A stretch of DNA of 64,000 nucleotides from a virus, in IMG/VR virus record IMGVR_UViG_3300030491_000004, positions 2,786-66,785 of that record; one strand, written 5' to 3'. Positions 48,013 to 58,677 of the stretch are shown piece by piece. Made by a program: the position numbers and the translations under genes. Position 1 is the stretch's first letter, and every line of letters starts with the position of its first letter. A model generated the notes under the pieces. It ran no database searches, was not told the origin of the DNA, and worked only from the letters and a program-made list of their open reading frames with translations.

Positions 48013-48390
48013 TTATTTTTGAATAACTTGCTTATTCTTTTTAACAAGACAGTCCATAACTTCTTTTCTAAAAATATCTGTAACGCCCATCAACATGTTT
48101 TCTACATCCTGAACGCTATTCAATAAATCTAAGTTAAACTTGATATTCAAATCATATCCGGTTATTTCCATTATGTTCTGAGAACCATCCTGGGTTTGCA
48201 CAACAGCCCCTTTTAAATCAGATATAGCTTTAAATACTACCTCTTTTTCGTTTACATCTCCAACAGGTACTTTCTCTTTTTTTGGTGTAGGCTGATCTAC
48301 ATGTACGGGCGGGGTAAATATTGGTTCAAAAACAGGTTTAGTCTTCGCTCTGGGTGAAGCCTTTTCATAAAACTCACAATCCTTATCCAT
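48013..48390 (-). CDS. Hypothetical protein
   Basis: ORF track. Confidence 0.65.
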   Translation of the reverse strand: MDKDCEFYEKASPRAKTKPVFEPIFTPPVHVDQPTPKKEKVPVGDVNEKEVVFKAISDLKGAVVQTQDGSQNIMEITGYDLNIKFNLDLLNSVQDVENMLMGVTDIFRKEVMDCLVKKNKQVIQK

Positions 48391-48393
48391 AAT

Positions 48394-49161
48394 TCAAATT
48401 TTAAAATGGTCTCTACTTTTTTCTTTTTTTTGTTCTGCTATGCCGCTATCTTCATTTCCACCAGAACTTCTCATTCTTATAGCACATTCTCTAGCTATAC
48501 CAGTAGTAGCTTCTACGTCCGCGTCTGCATCATGCGCATCATCATTTTCAATACCCATTCTATTTGCAAGTAATTCCAGGCTCCAACTATTTATGTCAGA
48601 TTTATTTCCTAAAGCTAATTGTCCAAGAACTATGGTATCAATATATAATGGCTGGAAGTTTCCATAAAAGTCTTTTTCTCCTCTTACCAGTGAAGAGAAT
48701 TTCTTTTCATTGTTGGTATAAGCCATTACTTGCTGCATAAATCCAATATCAAAGATTATATTTTGGCCTATAAAGAATGGACGTTCAGCTTTCTTTTTTA
48801 CTAGAGCTGCATTAGTAGATATGAAGTCGAGTATCTTTTCAGCCACTTCTTCAATATCTGTACCTTTTTCTTCAAGCATAGCCATCGTTATTCCGGTAGC
48901 TTTTTCTGCACCTTCGTTATATTCCAATAGTGGAGCATCCTCTTCTTCATACTTGCTTTTCAATACTTTCTTTTTAGGGACTCCCTTATCCTGTTTCTTG
49001 TATGGATAAAAGTAAAGCACCAGTCTATCAATCACTTCAAAAGTATCAATACGTATAGCATGTATAGCTATCTGAGTACATGCGCATTTTTGGCAATCTA
49101 AACCTCCAGTTTCAAAATCCATAGTAAAAACTACTATGGGAACTTTTTCATCTTTTATCAT
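48394..49161 (-). CDS. DEDDh 3'-5' exonuclease (Pol III epsilon-like)
   Basis: DFETGG, QNIIFDIGF, AHDADAD. Confidence 0.88.
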   Translation of the reverse strand: MIKDEKVPIVVFTMDFETGGLDCQKCACTQIAIHAIRIDTFEVIDRLVLYFYPYKKQDKGVPKKKVLKSKYEEEDAPLLEYNEGAEKATGITMAMLEEKGTDIEEVAEKILDFISTNAALVKKKAERPFFIGQNIIFDIGFMQQVMAYTNNEKKFSSLVRGEKDFYGNFQPLYIDTIVLGQLALGNKSDINSWSLELLANRMGIENDDAHDADADVEATTGIARECAIRMRSSGGNEDSGIAEQKKEKSRDHFKI

Positions 49162-49162
49162 A

Positions 49163-49873
49163 TTAATAAACAGTTAAGTTAGATATTTTTGTAAATAAAT
49201 CTTCTTTGGGTTTATTGTTATTTATCACATAATCGTAGAACCATTTTGGGTATCTGGTTCTGTCCTTATCTCTATCGGTTCTTTCATTATCATTAATTTT
49301 AATTTCTCTTTCAATTAATATTGCACGTAAATCAATTAACTGAAATATAGGTTTGTGCATTAATTGAGAAAGACCGTCTTCGTTAATTACATACACATTC
49401 TCTTTTCCTACCCACAATTGACCTATAGTAGTCCAATATTCATATTCTCCATATACTGTATAAGCTAGCATAAGGTCATATTCAGGAATTTTATCTTTAG
49501 TAACGAAATAATGATCAATGCCTTCAACTTCTCCATTTCTTATAGGTCTAGTTGTGTAAGAGGTTATTAAATGAGAACTATTGTGCGAATTAACATAATA
49601 GTTTGCAGCTAACGTCTTTCCTACACCGGAATCACCAATTATACATACTAATTTAATTTTAGGTCTATTCCAAGATTTTACTATAGCGTCAAATCCCACA
49701 TGCGCTCTAGTCTTGCAAATACTAAAAAGGTAAGAACTCCTAGATGCCTCTTTGAAACTATTAAGCACATCTTCTCTAGCTTTTTCTTTATCGGACTTCA
49801 TTTTGTCCAATATATTCTGAGGAATAGAATTTTTAGCCTCAGCATCAAAAGTAATACATTTTCTTTTTTCCAT
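49163..49873 (-). CDS. gmk: Guanylate kinase-like protein
   Basis: GDSGVGKT, SYTTRPIRNGEVEGIDHYFV. Confidence 0.85.
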   Translation of the reverse strand: MEKRKCITFDAEAKNSIPQNILDKMKSDKEKAREDVLNSFKEASRSSYLFSICKTRAHVGFDAIVKSWNRPKIKLVCIIGDSGVGKTLAANYYVNSHNSSHLITSYTTRPIRNGEVEGIDHYFVTKDKIPEYDLMLAYTVYGEYEYWTTIGQLWVGKENVYVINEDGLSQLMHKPIFQLIDLRAILIEREIKINDNERTDRDKDRTRYPKWFYDYVINNNKPKEDLFTKISNLTVY

Positions 49874-49875
49874 GA

Positions 49876-52071
49876 TTATACTATTTCTACTAATGAATTT
49901 TTTGCAAACTGTAAAGTATTTTTTCTGGAGAATTCACTAAATCTTATGTTAAACACTCCTACCATCATCTTATTCTTTACATCGCTTATTTTACCAGATC
50001 TATTGAACATACTCCTAACTTGCATCCACTCATCATTCCATATTACAAGTTCTGCGATCGTGTTGTTTTGCTGAAGTAATATCTTACAATAATCTTTAGC
50101 TTCTCCGGACTTTTTGTCTATATATTTTTTCTCTTCAATATCAGCTATAGAAGAGAGTATGATTCCTTTTTTCCCATCATATCTATCTTCTAATGCCATC
50201 TCTAAGGTAACCCATCCGGCTCTTGTTTTAAGTTTGTTCTTGATCTCCATTCCATCATAAATTCTTTTATAATCAATAGAACCAAGACCACTCACAGCTA
50301 TTTGTTTTTGGCTCCAGAAGTAATGTTTTTGAATAGCTTCTTCTGGAAAATCCGCGTCTTTTATTTCAAATTTAAGTATATCCGAAGCTCTATTCAAAAG
50401 ATCGTACCTTTCAACAACCGATAGGACGTGTTCGATATTATCAAAACATCCGGCTAGTATTAGGTTCTTTACATGAAGAGTGTTTACTGGACATTTTTCA
50501 GACTCACCGGAGTCATTTGGATCATCGTAATATTCTGTTTTCTTAAGTTTGTATTTGAATATCCTTTCTAAGAAATTTTCCAAAGAAGTAAATTCTCCTC
50601 TTTTTTCTCTTTCGGATATAATAAACTCAATAGTCTTAACTCCAACCTTATCTATCCTAGAGAAAGACCAAAATATTTCATTTAGTTTATAGTCAGTATG
50701 AAAGTCTTTTTCAGCATTATTTATATCTGGAGGAACGATCTTCGCATCACTACAAATTTCCATCTCACTAATTAATGTAGGTATATTTTCTTTATTAGCC
50801 CATTGTAAAGCTACTGTGTAAAACGCTAATGGATAATGCGCTTTAAGGTACGCACTCACATAAGCCATAGAAGAATATGCTGTGGCGTGTGATTTGTTGA
50901 ATAGGTACGAACCTCCAGCTTCCATCATTTCCCATATCTTATCAGCATCTTCTTGCGGACATTTATTATTTTTGGCACCTTTCATGAATTTATCTTTCAT
51001 GGCCATAATTTTGTCTACCTTCTTTTTGGAAATAAATTTTACAAGCTTAACTCCTTCACCTAAAGAAAATCCTCCAACCTCTCTAGCTATTCTTGCCAAA
51101 TCTTCTTGATAACACATTACACCATAAGTATCTTTCAACGCTTCATGAGTACCCCACAAATATACTGGAGTATCATCACCGAGTTTGCAATCTACATATT
51201 TTTGTGCACTGCCGAAAGTAAGTGTAGCTGGGCGATAAAGTGCGTTGGCTGCTGTTAAGTCGTTTATATTTTCAGGCTTAAGGTCGATCAAGAATTTTGT
51301 TATTCCATTACCGGTAAACTGGAAGACATCGTTTGTAAAACCATCCTTTAATAATTCATATGTTTTAGGATCGTCCATATTGCCTGTAACAAGTCCTTCA
51401 AGAGACACTCCGGCATTATAGGTTGAATTACATATCTTCATTATTGATTGGAGTTTAGACAATTCTTTTGTTGCCAGCACATCGTTCTTCAACAATCCCT
51501 GATCATCCAGTGACCCGCCATCAAATTCAGATATTAGAACACCGTCAATCTTTTTTATAGGAGTATAATCAAAACACTCCATATCTTTTCCGTTTCTATA
51601 ATCAGGAGTAACCAATAGGGCTGAGGCGTGAATAGAAGAAGATCTTGGAGAGTTCATCAACGTCCTTATGTCTTCTATCACTTGTGGAAAATCCATAATA
51701 AAACCCTTAACTCTAGGGTTTACGGCAGCCATCTTAAATAAGTCGGTCCAAGTCATTTTATCATCATCAAATATTTTGGTGATGTATTTAACCGTACTTA
51801 CAGGAACTCGGTATATTCTGGATACATCGGTGATAGCTGCTTTTATTTTCAAAGTAGTAAAGGTGCCGGCAGAAAATACCCTTTGCTTTCCATCATGATT
51901 ATATCTGGTTTCAATATATTTCTTTACATCTTGCCGTCTATCTGATTGGAAGTCGACATCCACATCCGGCAATGATCCAGACTCACCTTGTAAATAACCA
52001 CTGTCAACATACATATCTAGTACATTGACAGGGTTATTTGATGTTTTTTGTTTAACGCTTACTACTTTCAT
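49876..52071 (-). CDS. dnaE: DNA polymerase III alpha, C-terminal piece
   Basis: SLPDVDVDF, KNDVL, ALYRP, YQE, YLFNKSHA, HhH and OB-like regions. Confidence 0.92.
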   Translation of the reverse strand: MKVVSVKQKTSNNPVNVLDMYVDSGYLQGESGSLPDVDVDFQSDRRQDVKKYIETRYNHDGKQRVFSAGTFTTLKIKAAITDVSRIYRVPVSTVKYITKIFDDDKMTWTDLFKMAAVNPRVKGFIMDFPQVIEDIRTLMNSPRSSSIHASALLVTPDYRNGKDMECFDYTPIKKIDGVLISEFDGGSLDDQGLLKNDVLATKELSKLQSIMKICNSTYNAGVSLEGLVTGNMDDPKTYELLKDGFTNDVFQFTGNGITKFLIDLKPENINDLTAANALYRPATLTFGSAQKYVDCKLGDDTPVYLWGTHEALKDTYGVMCYQEDLARIAREVGGFSLGEGVKLVKFISKKKVDKIMAMKDKFMKGAKNNKCPQEDADKIWEMMEAGGSYLFNKSHATAYSSMAYVSAYLKAHYPLAFYTVALQWANKENIPTLISEMEICSDAKIVPPDINNAEKDFHTDYKLNEIFWSFSRIDKVGVKTIEFIISEREKRGEFTSLENFLERIFKYKLKKTEYYDDPNDSGESEKCPVNTLHVKNLILAGCFDNIEHVLSVVERYDLLNRASDILKFEIKDADFPEEAIQKHYFWSQKQIAVSGLGSIDYKRIYDGMEIKNKLKTRAGWVTLEMALEDRYDGKKGIILSSIADIEEKKYIDKKSGEAKDYCKILLQQNNTIAELVIWNDEWMQVRSMFNRSGKISDVKNKMMVGVFNIRFSEFSRKNTLQFAKNSLVEIV

Positions 52072-53393
52072 AACGCCAAGGTTTCTTCGATTTTACCGTA
52101 TTTGTTATTAGCTTTTTTGTACTTTTCTTCAAAGTCAAGCAAAGGTTGGTCTGGAATAATCATATCTTTTTTTATAAACGAATCAGAAACAATACCTTCC
52201 AAAGATCTGCATCTACTTAAAGCAACGTATAGTTGGCCCGGACAAAATGCGTGCGACATATGTAACGAAACTTTATTAAACGTAAGACCCTGGCTTTTAT
52301 GGATGGTAATAGCCCAAGCCAATGTTACTGGAAATTGGACACAACTTCCAATCTCTTCTTTAGTTATTTCTCCGCGTACAGACGAATATTTAAAATTACT
52401 CCATTTACATCTGGACACATTCACCAATTTGCCGTTATCTAATTTAAGTAATATTTCAGAAGGCTTTATCTCCATTATTACCCCAAGTGTTCCGTTAGAA
52501 TACTGTTTTGCTGGATCATTTACAAGTGTCATTACCTTTGCGCCTTTACGAATAGAAAGAACTAAATCGCATGGAGCAGCATTTTTAGGAAAATCTCCAG
52601 TAACATTTGCTTTAAATACATCGGTAGGAACACCAAGCTTTTCTGAATTTATAGCTTCAACATCTCTTTTATAGGTGCATATATGAACGTATTCATTGTC
52701 AAAATCTTGACTTATTTTACGATCACGCGCCTCATCCAATATTTCTAACTGATCTCTGGAAACATTATATTCCCTTATACTGTTTAATATGGAAATAAAA
52801 TTTGGATCCGATTGTCTGAATATGTGAGTTAATTCAATTACATTAAAAAATGATTGATATTTAAACACCCAAGAGTTGAAGAAATAAGTATTCGTATAGA
52901 AAGCGTCCAGTATAGCCTTATCTTCAGATTTAACTACTGGAGGTAATTGAAATAAATCTCCAAACATTACTAGTTGCATTCCACCAAAAGCAAGACTTGA
53001 TCTTCTTATTATTTGAAGTTTTTTGTCAACATAATCGAGTAGATCTGATCTTACCATACTTATCTCGTCAATTATCAAAGTGTCTAAATCTCTTAGAAGA
53101 TCTATTTTTTCTTTCTTCATTCGTATCTCCTCAATTTTACCGGTAGGAGGTATCGGTCCGAATGGAATATTTAATAAACTGAACAACGTAACTCCACCAG
53201 CATTTATAGCTGATATGCCGGTAGGTGCTGCGACTACACATTTCTTATTTGTATGCTCCATCAAATACTTCAAAAGAGTGGTCTTTCCAGTACCAGCCTT
53301 TCCAGTAATAAATACATGTTCCTTAGTATTACACACTATATCTAAGGCTTTGTTCATCTCTCTTGTTAATTCTAGTTCCATATTAAATTTCAT
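52068..53393 (-). CDS. Pif1/RecD-like SF1B helicase
   Basis: GKAGTGKT, IDEISM, GDLFQLPPV, FRQ, AITIHKSQG, YVALSR. Confidence 0.92.
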   Translation of the reverse strand: MKFNMELELTREMNKALDIVCNTKEHVFITGKAGTGKTTLLKYLMEHTNKKCVVAAPTGISAINAGGVTLFSLLNIPFGPIPPTGKIEEIRMKKEKIDLLRDLDTLIIDEISMVRSDLLDYVDKKLQIIRRSSLAFGGMQLVMFGDLFQLPPVVKSEDKAILDAFYTNTYFFNSWVFKYQSFFNVIELTHIFRQSDPNFISILNSIREYNVSRDQLEILDEARDRKISQDFDNEYVHICTYKRDVEAINSEKLGVPTDVFKANVTGDFPKNAAPCDLVLSIRKGAKVMTLVNDPAKQYSNGTLGVIMEIKPSEILLKLDNGKLVNVSRCKWSNFKYSSVRGEITKEEIGSCVQFPVTLAWAITIHKSQGLTFNKVSLHMSHAFCPGQLYVALSRCRSLEGIVSDSFIKKDMIIPDQPLLDFEEKYKKANNKYGKIEETLAL

Positions 53394-55086
53394 TTAAAGT
53401 AAATAGTACATCTCTGTTATCAAATAAAATATCATCATCTTCTTTTAACTCACTAGCTTCAATTTCTAGTGGTTCTTCAACTCCATCTCTATTAACTAAT
53501 AAGATGGCATCATTAGCTATCTTGTATTTTTTATTATTTGACAAGGTAACTTCTGTATATTCTTTAACTTCAATATCTTCTCCAACAATAGTTGTTTTTG
53601 ATGGATACAATCCAGCACGTTCCGGAAGAAGAAATCTTTCAAAAATTAAATCGTATTTTATTGGATCTATTAACGTTATACCTAAAAGATATAACACAAG
53701 ACAACCACCGGCAGATCCACGCCCTGAACCGACAAGTATATCGTTAGCGCGTGCCCAATTGACAGTATCATATTGAACAAGCATATAATCCAGATTATTA
53801 GTGGATTCAAGAACATATATTTCATAATCTAACCTTTTTTTATATATTTCCTCTTTTCCTTTTGGAACGAGTTTTTTAAATCCATCATCTAACAACTGGA
53901 GAAACATACTGTGTTGATCTCCGTATTTTTCTATTTCTTCCGGTGTCATGTCGTATGCTGGCATGAAGTTGTGCTCAGTATCAAAACTAGCCTTAGCACC
54001 ATTTAAAATAGAAACCGTATTATCACAAGCCATTTCAAAAATACTATTAACATCATGTTTTGAATGGTCAAATAACCCATCTAGCAAATCATACTGCTCA
54101 TCCAAATCTTTGAAATATTGCCCAAGACTTTGTTCATGAGACGCACCTGAAGCGATTTTGTTAAGTATTACTTTGTTTCTTGAATCGTCTTTATCCAAAT
54201 AATAACAATCTGTTATCAATATTGGAGAAACATCAATGTCTTCATTATCAAAATAATACTTAGTCGCTTCAAGTACTTTTATGTCTATTCTTTCTGATTT
54301 GTATTCAGTTAAATCTAATTGATAAAAACAATCAATAAATTTATCATAAAACAAATCAATATTTTCTCCAAGTGACTTAAGCCAATATGAAGAATATTTG
54401 TCGAACACTATCACATTACCCGGACCATATTTAAGCAAATCCTGAATGTCTATTGTTTTATCTTGCGAATCAACATTTATTGCTTTTTGAATCCTGAGTA
54501 AGTTTTGCAATCCGTCTTGTGATTGCACGTATATTTTTGCTCCTACTTTATTTTCTCCGTCTGTAAATATAAGAGAGTATCCAAATATAGGGGTTACTCC
54601 AGATTTTTTGCATTCTTTCTGCAATATTAAATGTGATGCCATTGTATTGTAATCACACACTCCTATTCCAGATTCTCCTAAATACTTAGCCTTTTTAATC
54701 CAATCGCCTATAGAAAAACTACCATTCAACAGTTCAAATTGTGAATGTATTCCCAGATTTACAAACTCTCTGGAATGTTTTAGTGATGGCGTTTTGCCAA
54801 CGTATTTAAGTATGTTGAATTCAAACTCCTCGCGAAGATCGTAATAATAAAAGTTATCTCCAAATTTAAACGCAATATAATTTATATCTTCTTTCATTAA
54901 TGAAGAAGTACTCTCCATAGAATTGAACTTAACTTCTTCATTTTCATCAATTCTAAATATAGAATGTAGTGAGTCAGTATCTTCATAAAAAACTTTTCCA
55001 AAGTCCTCTATCTCAAATACTTCATTATCTATTACGTGATATTGTATTTTATTATTGTTCAACCACGCTAAAAGTTCTTCGTTCAT
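53383..55086 (-). CDS. dnaE: DNA polymerase III alpha, N-terminal piece (PHP plus palm start)
   Basis: PHP NLGIHS.F...G; GSGRGSAGG; LGIT.IDP..YDLIFERFL. Confidence 0.92.
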   Translation of the reverse strand: MNEELLAWLNNNKIQYHVIDNEVFEIEDFGKVFYEDTDSLHSIFRIDENEEVKFNSMESTSSLMKEDINYIAFKFGDNFYYYDLREEFEFNILKYVGKTPSLKHSREFVNLGIHSQFELLNGSFSIGDWIKKAKYLGESGIGVCDYNTMASHLILQKECKKSGVTPIFGYSLIFTDGENKVGAKIYVQSQDGLQNLLRIQKAINVDSQDKTIDIQDLLKYGPGNVIVFDKYSSYWLKSLGENIDLFYDKFIDCFYQLDLTEYKSERIDIKVLEATKYYFDNEDIDVSPILITDCYYLDKDDSRNKVILNKIASGASHEQSLGQYFKDLDEQYDLLDGLFDHSKHDVNSIFEMACDNTVSILNGAKASFDTEHNFMPAYDMTPEEIEKYGDQHSMFLQLLDDGFKKLVPKGKEEIYKKRLDYEIYVLESTNNLDYMLVQYDTVNWARANDILVGSGRGSAGGCLVLYLLGITLIDPIKYDLIFERFLLPERAGLYPSKTTIVGEDIEVKEYTEVTLSNNKKYKIANDAILLVNRDGVEEPLEIEASELKEDDDILFDNRDVLFTLNEI

Positions 55087-56126
55087 AATTGAATTTTATT
55101 TAATTTATATTCCCTTGGTGTTTTTATGTTTAAAGAAAAAGTATCGTACGCTTCCCAGAAATCCATATCATCAAAATCATGACTGGAGTCTTGAATATCT
55201 GCTATATATACGTCAAAATAATCATTTAGTTGATCTGCTGTTTTGTTTATAGCGTTCACGGCATCTCCATCGTAGCCTATGACCACCGTACGTACACCTT
55301 TAGACTGTATCTTGTATATTTGTATGTCAGATATTTTCTTTCCAAATGTGGCCACTACAGCTATCCTGTGGTTGTTGTACAAATTGAACTTTCTTATAAG
55401 AGACATGCAAGTAAATATTCCCTCAACTATTATAACTGTGTCGGTTTCATTTTCTATTATTGAATCGTAATTATACAACAGCTTTACAAATTCATTTACT
55501 TCATTACTATTTTTATACCTGGGTACTTGATATTTCCCAAGTATTTTCATTTTGTGATTATATTTCTCAATCTCTTCTTTGGACCATATATGTCTACCAA
55601 TATAACCCACACATTCTCCAGCATCAATTATCTGAAATAAAACATAGTCGTCAAATTTAAAGTTTAATCCTCTAGTGGTTCCTACTGGAAATTTTAAATA
55701 ATCTATTGGAGTAAATCCACGGCTCTTCAAATAAGCGTTTTTGCGAACAGTTTTGAATCCTTCAGGCATCTCCACAATCTCCAAAGAATCATCTATCTCA
55801 TTTGCTTTATCTAAAAAATCTAGCGGAGTAGAGGAATTCATTTCAGCAAAGTCAACAATCTCTTCAGGGATAAGGTCTGTTCTATTTATATCCCTGAGTA
55901 GTTGTTCTATATCTCTCACAGATTTTCCACAAGAGAAACAGTGAGACATAAATGGTTTTTTCTTTTCGGTTGGAGGTCCGATATATATACCAAATTTACC
56001 CCCCTCATGTCCGCAATACGGGCATATAGGAACCACCAAATTCTTTCTTCCGCCATCAATAGTGGCATCTAATTCGATAGTTAATTCAGATATTAAAGAC
56101 TCTGACTCTTCTTTATTAAGTTTCAT
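55083..56126 (-). CDS. DNA primase (zinc finger plus Toprim)
   Basis: CPYC...HCFSCG, IVEG, GYDGD. Confidence 0.85.
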   Translation of the reverse strand: MKLNKEESESLISELTIELDATIDGGRKNLVVPICPYCGHEGGKFGIYIGPPTEKKKPFMSHCFSCGKSVRDIEQLLRDINRTDLIPEEIVDFAEMNSSTPLDFLDKANEIDDSLEIVEMPEGFKTVRKNAYLKSRGFTPIDYLKFPVGTTRGLNFKFDDYVLFQIIDAGECVGYIGRHIWSKEEIEKYNHKMKILGKYQVPRYKNSNEVNEFVKLLYNYDSIIENETDTVIIVEGIFTCMSLIRKFNLYNNHRIAVVATFGKKISDIQIYKIQSKGVRTVVIGYDGDAVNAINKTADQLNDYFDVYIADIQDSSHDFDDMDFWEAYDTFSLNIKTPREYKLNKIQL

Positions 56127-57508
56127 TATGCGGCTGATTTTCTAACAATAAGTCTTATTGATCTTCGCCTATCATAGAAAGCTTCATGGTCATAATCGGT
56201 AGCTATTTTAAATGTAGGTTCACCACGTTTAAAGAACCTAGCTTTCGCGATATGAATTCTCATAACATTCTCCTTTCTTTCGTTGTCACTTTGATTAAGT
56301 GTTATAAGATGGGTTACCGGTCTTGACAATCCTTTTGATTCAGACATATTGTATTCGGTTAATACATTCGTTTCATCATTAAGCCATTCTCTGTTTTCAA
56401 TAGTTGTTTGGTAAGTAACAACAACCCAAGCATTTATCTCTTCAGCTAACTTCTTTAAATCCTGTGCGACAGCTATTCTTTTAAGCCTTTCTCCTTTTTC
56501 ACTCCACTTTCTACCACTTGAATCAGTACACAAATCCCCAGAATCAATTATTATAATACTGGGGTATTCTCCATATACCTTGTGATATTTTTCTATTTCA
56601 TTCTTGATATTACTTGTTGGTACGTCTCCAGTAAAAGCCTTATAAGCCTTAACCTTTATGCTCCCAGCCATCTTTTTTATGATTCCTATAGAATGATCCA
56701 TTTCATCATTAGACAAATCGCCAGTTTCATATTGGTAAGATGTGCATCCAACTAATGAAGCCGAATAAGCATCAAGTACCTCTTTTTGCTTACCCTCTAA
56801 CTGGAAATGGAGAACATTTAATCCATCCTCAAATGCTGCACACTTGCCTATCCATCTAGCTATATGTGATTTACCAACTCCAGTAGAAGCAGCTAGATAA
56901 GTAAGTTGACCCCTCAAATCTCTGCCTTTATTTAAAGCATCCAACTGATCTATATAAAATCTAGTAACCGGTGGAAGTTTAGAATTTCCAGAACATGCTT
57001 CTTTATTTTTAGCATATCTGGAAGAAAACGTCTCGGCTACGTCCGTAAAGTCTGTTTTAGAAAATCCAAAATTTGATTTCCATTCACTAAAATCATCAAA
57101 GACTTTCATGGCTTCTTCTTCTTTCTTTTGAGCCTGGAACTCTCCCATTTCTTTTAGTGCTTGATGAAACTTTACTTGTTTAATATATTCTTCAAATTGC
57201 TCTAAGATAATTTCAGGCTCTACATCTGTTGAATAATCTCTTATGTCGTCCAATAAAGAGCTAACCCCTCTATTTGTGGAAACCATTTGAGACATTACAT
57301 TTGGTGTAGGAGCCATTCCATGCTCTTTGTAGAATTTTGAAATATAATTTTGTAAAGAAATAAAATCCCTGTCCGGAAGGTAAGAAGTTTCCATATAAGA
57401 GCACATAATACTGCAAACATTATCATGTTCCATGCAGCACCGGTATAGCTCATAAAGGAAGTCTTCAGTTAATAAATTAGCATTATTTTTCATGTTCTGC
57501 TCTTTCAA
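56126..57508 (-). CDS. Replicative DnaB-like (SF4) helicase
   Basis: ASTGVGKS, LE, IIIDSGD, V.VTYQ, KAR. Confidence 0.85.
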   Translation of the reverse strand: MKEQNMKNNANLLTEDFLYELYRCCMEHDNVCSIMCSYMETSYLPDRDFISLQNYISKFYKEHGMAPTPNVMSQMVSTNRGVSSLLDDIRDYSTDVEPEIILEQFEEYIKQVKFHQALKEMGEFQAQKKEEEAMKVFDDFSEWKSNFGFSKTDFTDVAETFSSRYAKNKEACSGNSKLPPVTRFYIDQLDALNKGRDLRGQLTYLAASTGVGKSHIARWIGKCAAFEDGLNVLHFQLEGKQKEVLDAYSASLVGCTSYQYETGDLSNDEMDHSIGIIKKMAGSIKVKAYKAFTGDVPTSNIKNEIEKYHKVYGEYPSIIIIDSGDLCTDSSGRKWSEKGERLKRIAVAQDLKKLAEEINAWVVVTYQTTIENREWLNDETNVLTEYNMSESKGLSRPVTHLITLNQSDNERKENVMRIHIAKARFFKRGEPTFKIATDYDHEAFYDRRRSIRLIVRKSAA

Positions 57509-58088
57509 GTCTAATTCTATATAATTCTGGAAAGGTTTCTCTCGTCATTTCCTTGCATTTATCAACATTATTGCATTTGTTACAGGTAGGAGAAAAAGGA
57601 CTCCACCCTAATGTAGATGTCGAACAAAGAAAATAACCCGTTGGAGAATTGAAGAATCTATTTTTAGCAACCTCTTCAGATTTCATGTAAATATATTCTT
57701 CTAGTGGGTGAGTGGCAGCTTTTTCTATTAAACTCAATAAAGAAGATCTAGTTAAATCAAATGATTGTAACCATTTGTCTTCAATATAGGATTTGCCCTT
57801 TGAAGACATTTCGGTGTATTTTTTGATAGCCGTATCTCCGAATGACGAAATTGATAATTGTTGTTGCCATTCGGAGTTTTGGTTTTTATGTGCCTGGAAG
57901 ATACAATAATCCACCATTCTTGAATTATTCATTTCTCCGCCACATATAACTGAAAACTTATTTACAAATTTGGATAATTGCTCTATCGCCTTTCCTCTTT
58001 CTGGGAATTTGAATTTGGGGTCTATAGTAGTTTTAACTATCTTGGAATAAACCTTAACAATATCCTTAATCTGTCTTTTTGTTTCCAT
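57483..58088 (-). CDS. Hypothetical protein with C-terminal Cys cluster
   Basis: C...CNKCNNVDKC. Confidence 0.7.
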   Translation of the reverse strand: METKRQIKDIVKVYSKIVKTTIDPKFKFPERGKAIEQLSKFVNKFSVICGGEMNNSRMVDYCIFQAHKNQNSEWQQQLSISSFGDTAIKKYTEMSSKGKSYIEDKWLQSFDLTRSSLLSLIEKAATHPLEEYIYMKSEEVAKNRFFNSPTGYFLCSTSTLGWSPFSPTCNKCNNVDKCKEMTRETFPELYRIRLERAEHEK

Positions 58089-58677
58089 ATCTATCTATCT
58101 CTTCTTTAAGTTTTTGTCGGGCCAAGAATAGCCTGCTTTTAATAGTGTCGACATTATTCTTTTTAATATTTCCGGATTTATACTCAATATCTGCAATTTC
58201 TTTTAGTTTGAATCCGGCTTGTTGAAGTAATATGGCTGATTTGTAAGGTTGTTCAAGTTTATCTATCGCTTTCAAAACATTATCTGTATAGAATTCCTTA
58301 TAATTATCAACAGAAAAGACATTTTCCCCAAGCGAGGATTCGTCAATCAATGTTCCGAATCCTTCGCCTAGATCATCCAATCTTCCCTGCAACATACCAA
58401 GCCGCTTTTCTTTTAAATTAAGCTGATATACGCAATGTTTTGTTACAATATGTAACCATGCTTGAATAGGTCTTTCTGGATTATAAGTTCTTATATACTT
58501 GTACAAGTTTATTAGAACTTCCTGGAAGTTATCTTCCACATCTTTCGGATCATCCGTATAATTACTACAAACTTTAAAAACCAACCCCATATTAGGAGTC
58601 ACATACCTCTCGAATAAGTCGCGCATTACTGCCGCATCTTCGTCACTTATTTCTCTGCCTTTTTTTCGTGATACCAT
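58066..58677 (-). CDS. RNA polymerase sigma factor, ECF-like
   Basis: Region 2 (DVEDNFQEV...WL) and region 4 (GFKLKEIA...TIKSRLFLAR). Confidence 0.88.
   Translation of the reverse strand: MVSRKKGREISDEDAAVMRDLFERYVTPNMGLVFKVCSNYTDDPKDVEDNFQEVLINLYKYIRTYNPERPIQAWLHIVTKHCVYQLNLKEKRLGMLQGRLDDLGEGFGTLIDESSLGENVFSVDNYKEFYTDNVLKAIDKLEQPYKSAILLQQAGFKLKEIADIEYKSGNIKKNNVDTIKSRLFLARQKLKEEIDRYGNKKTD

Noticed and set aside
51976-53616. Canonical trans-splicing split intein in dnaE
   Set aside because: There is no block-A nucleophile, no block-B His and no terminal Asn/Gln. It is kept only as a degenerate Hint-like module.
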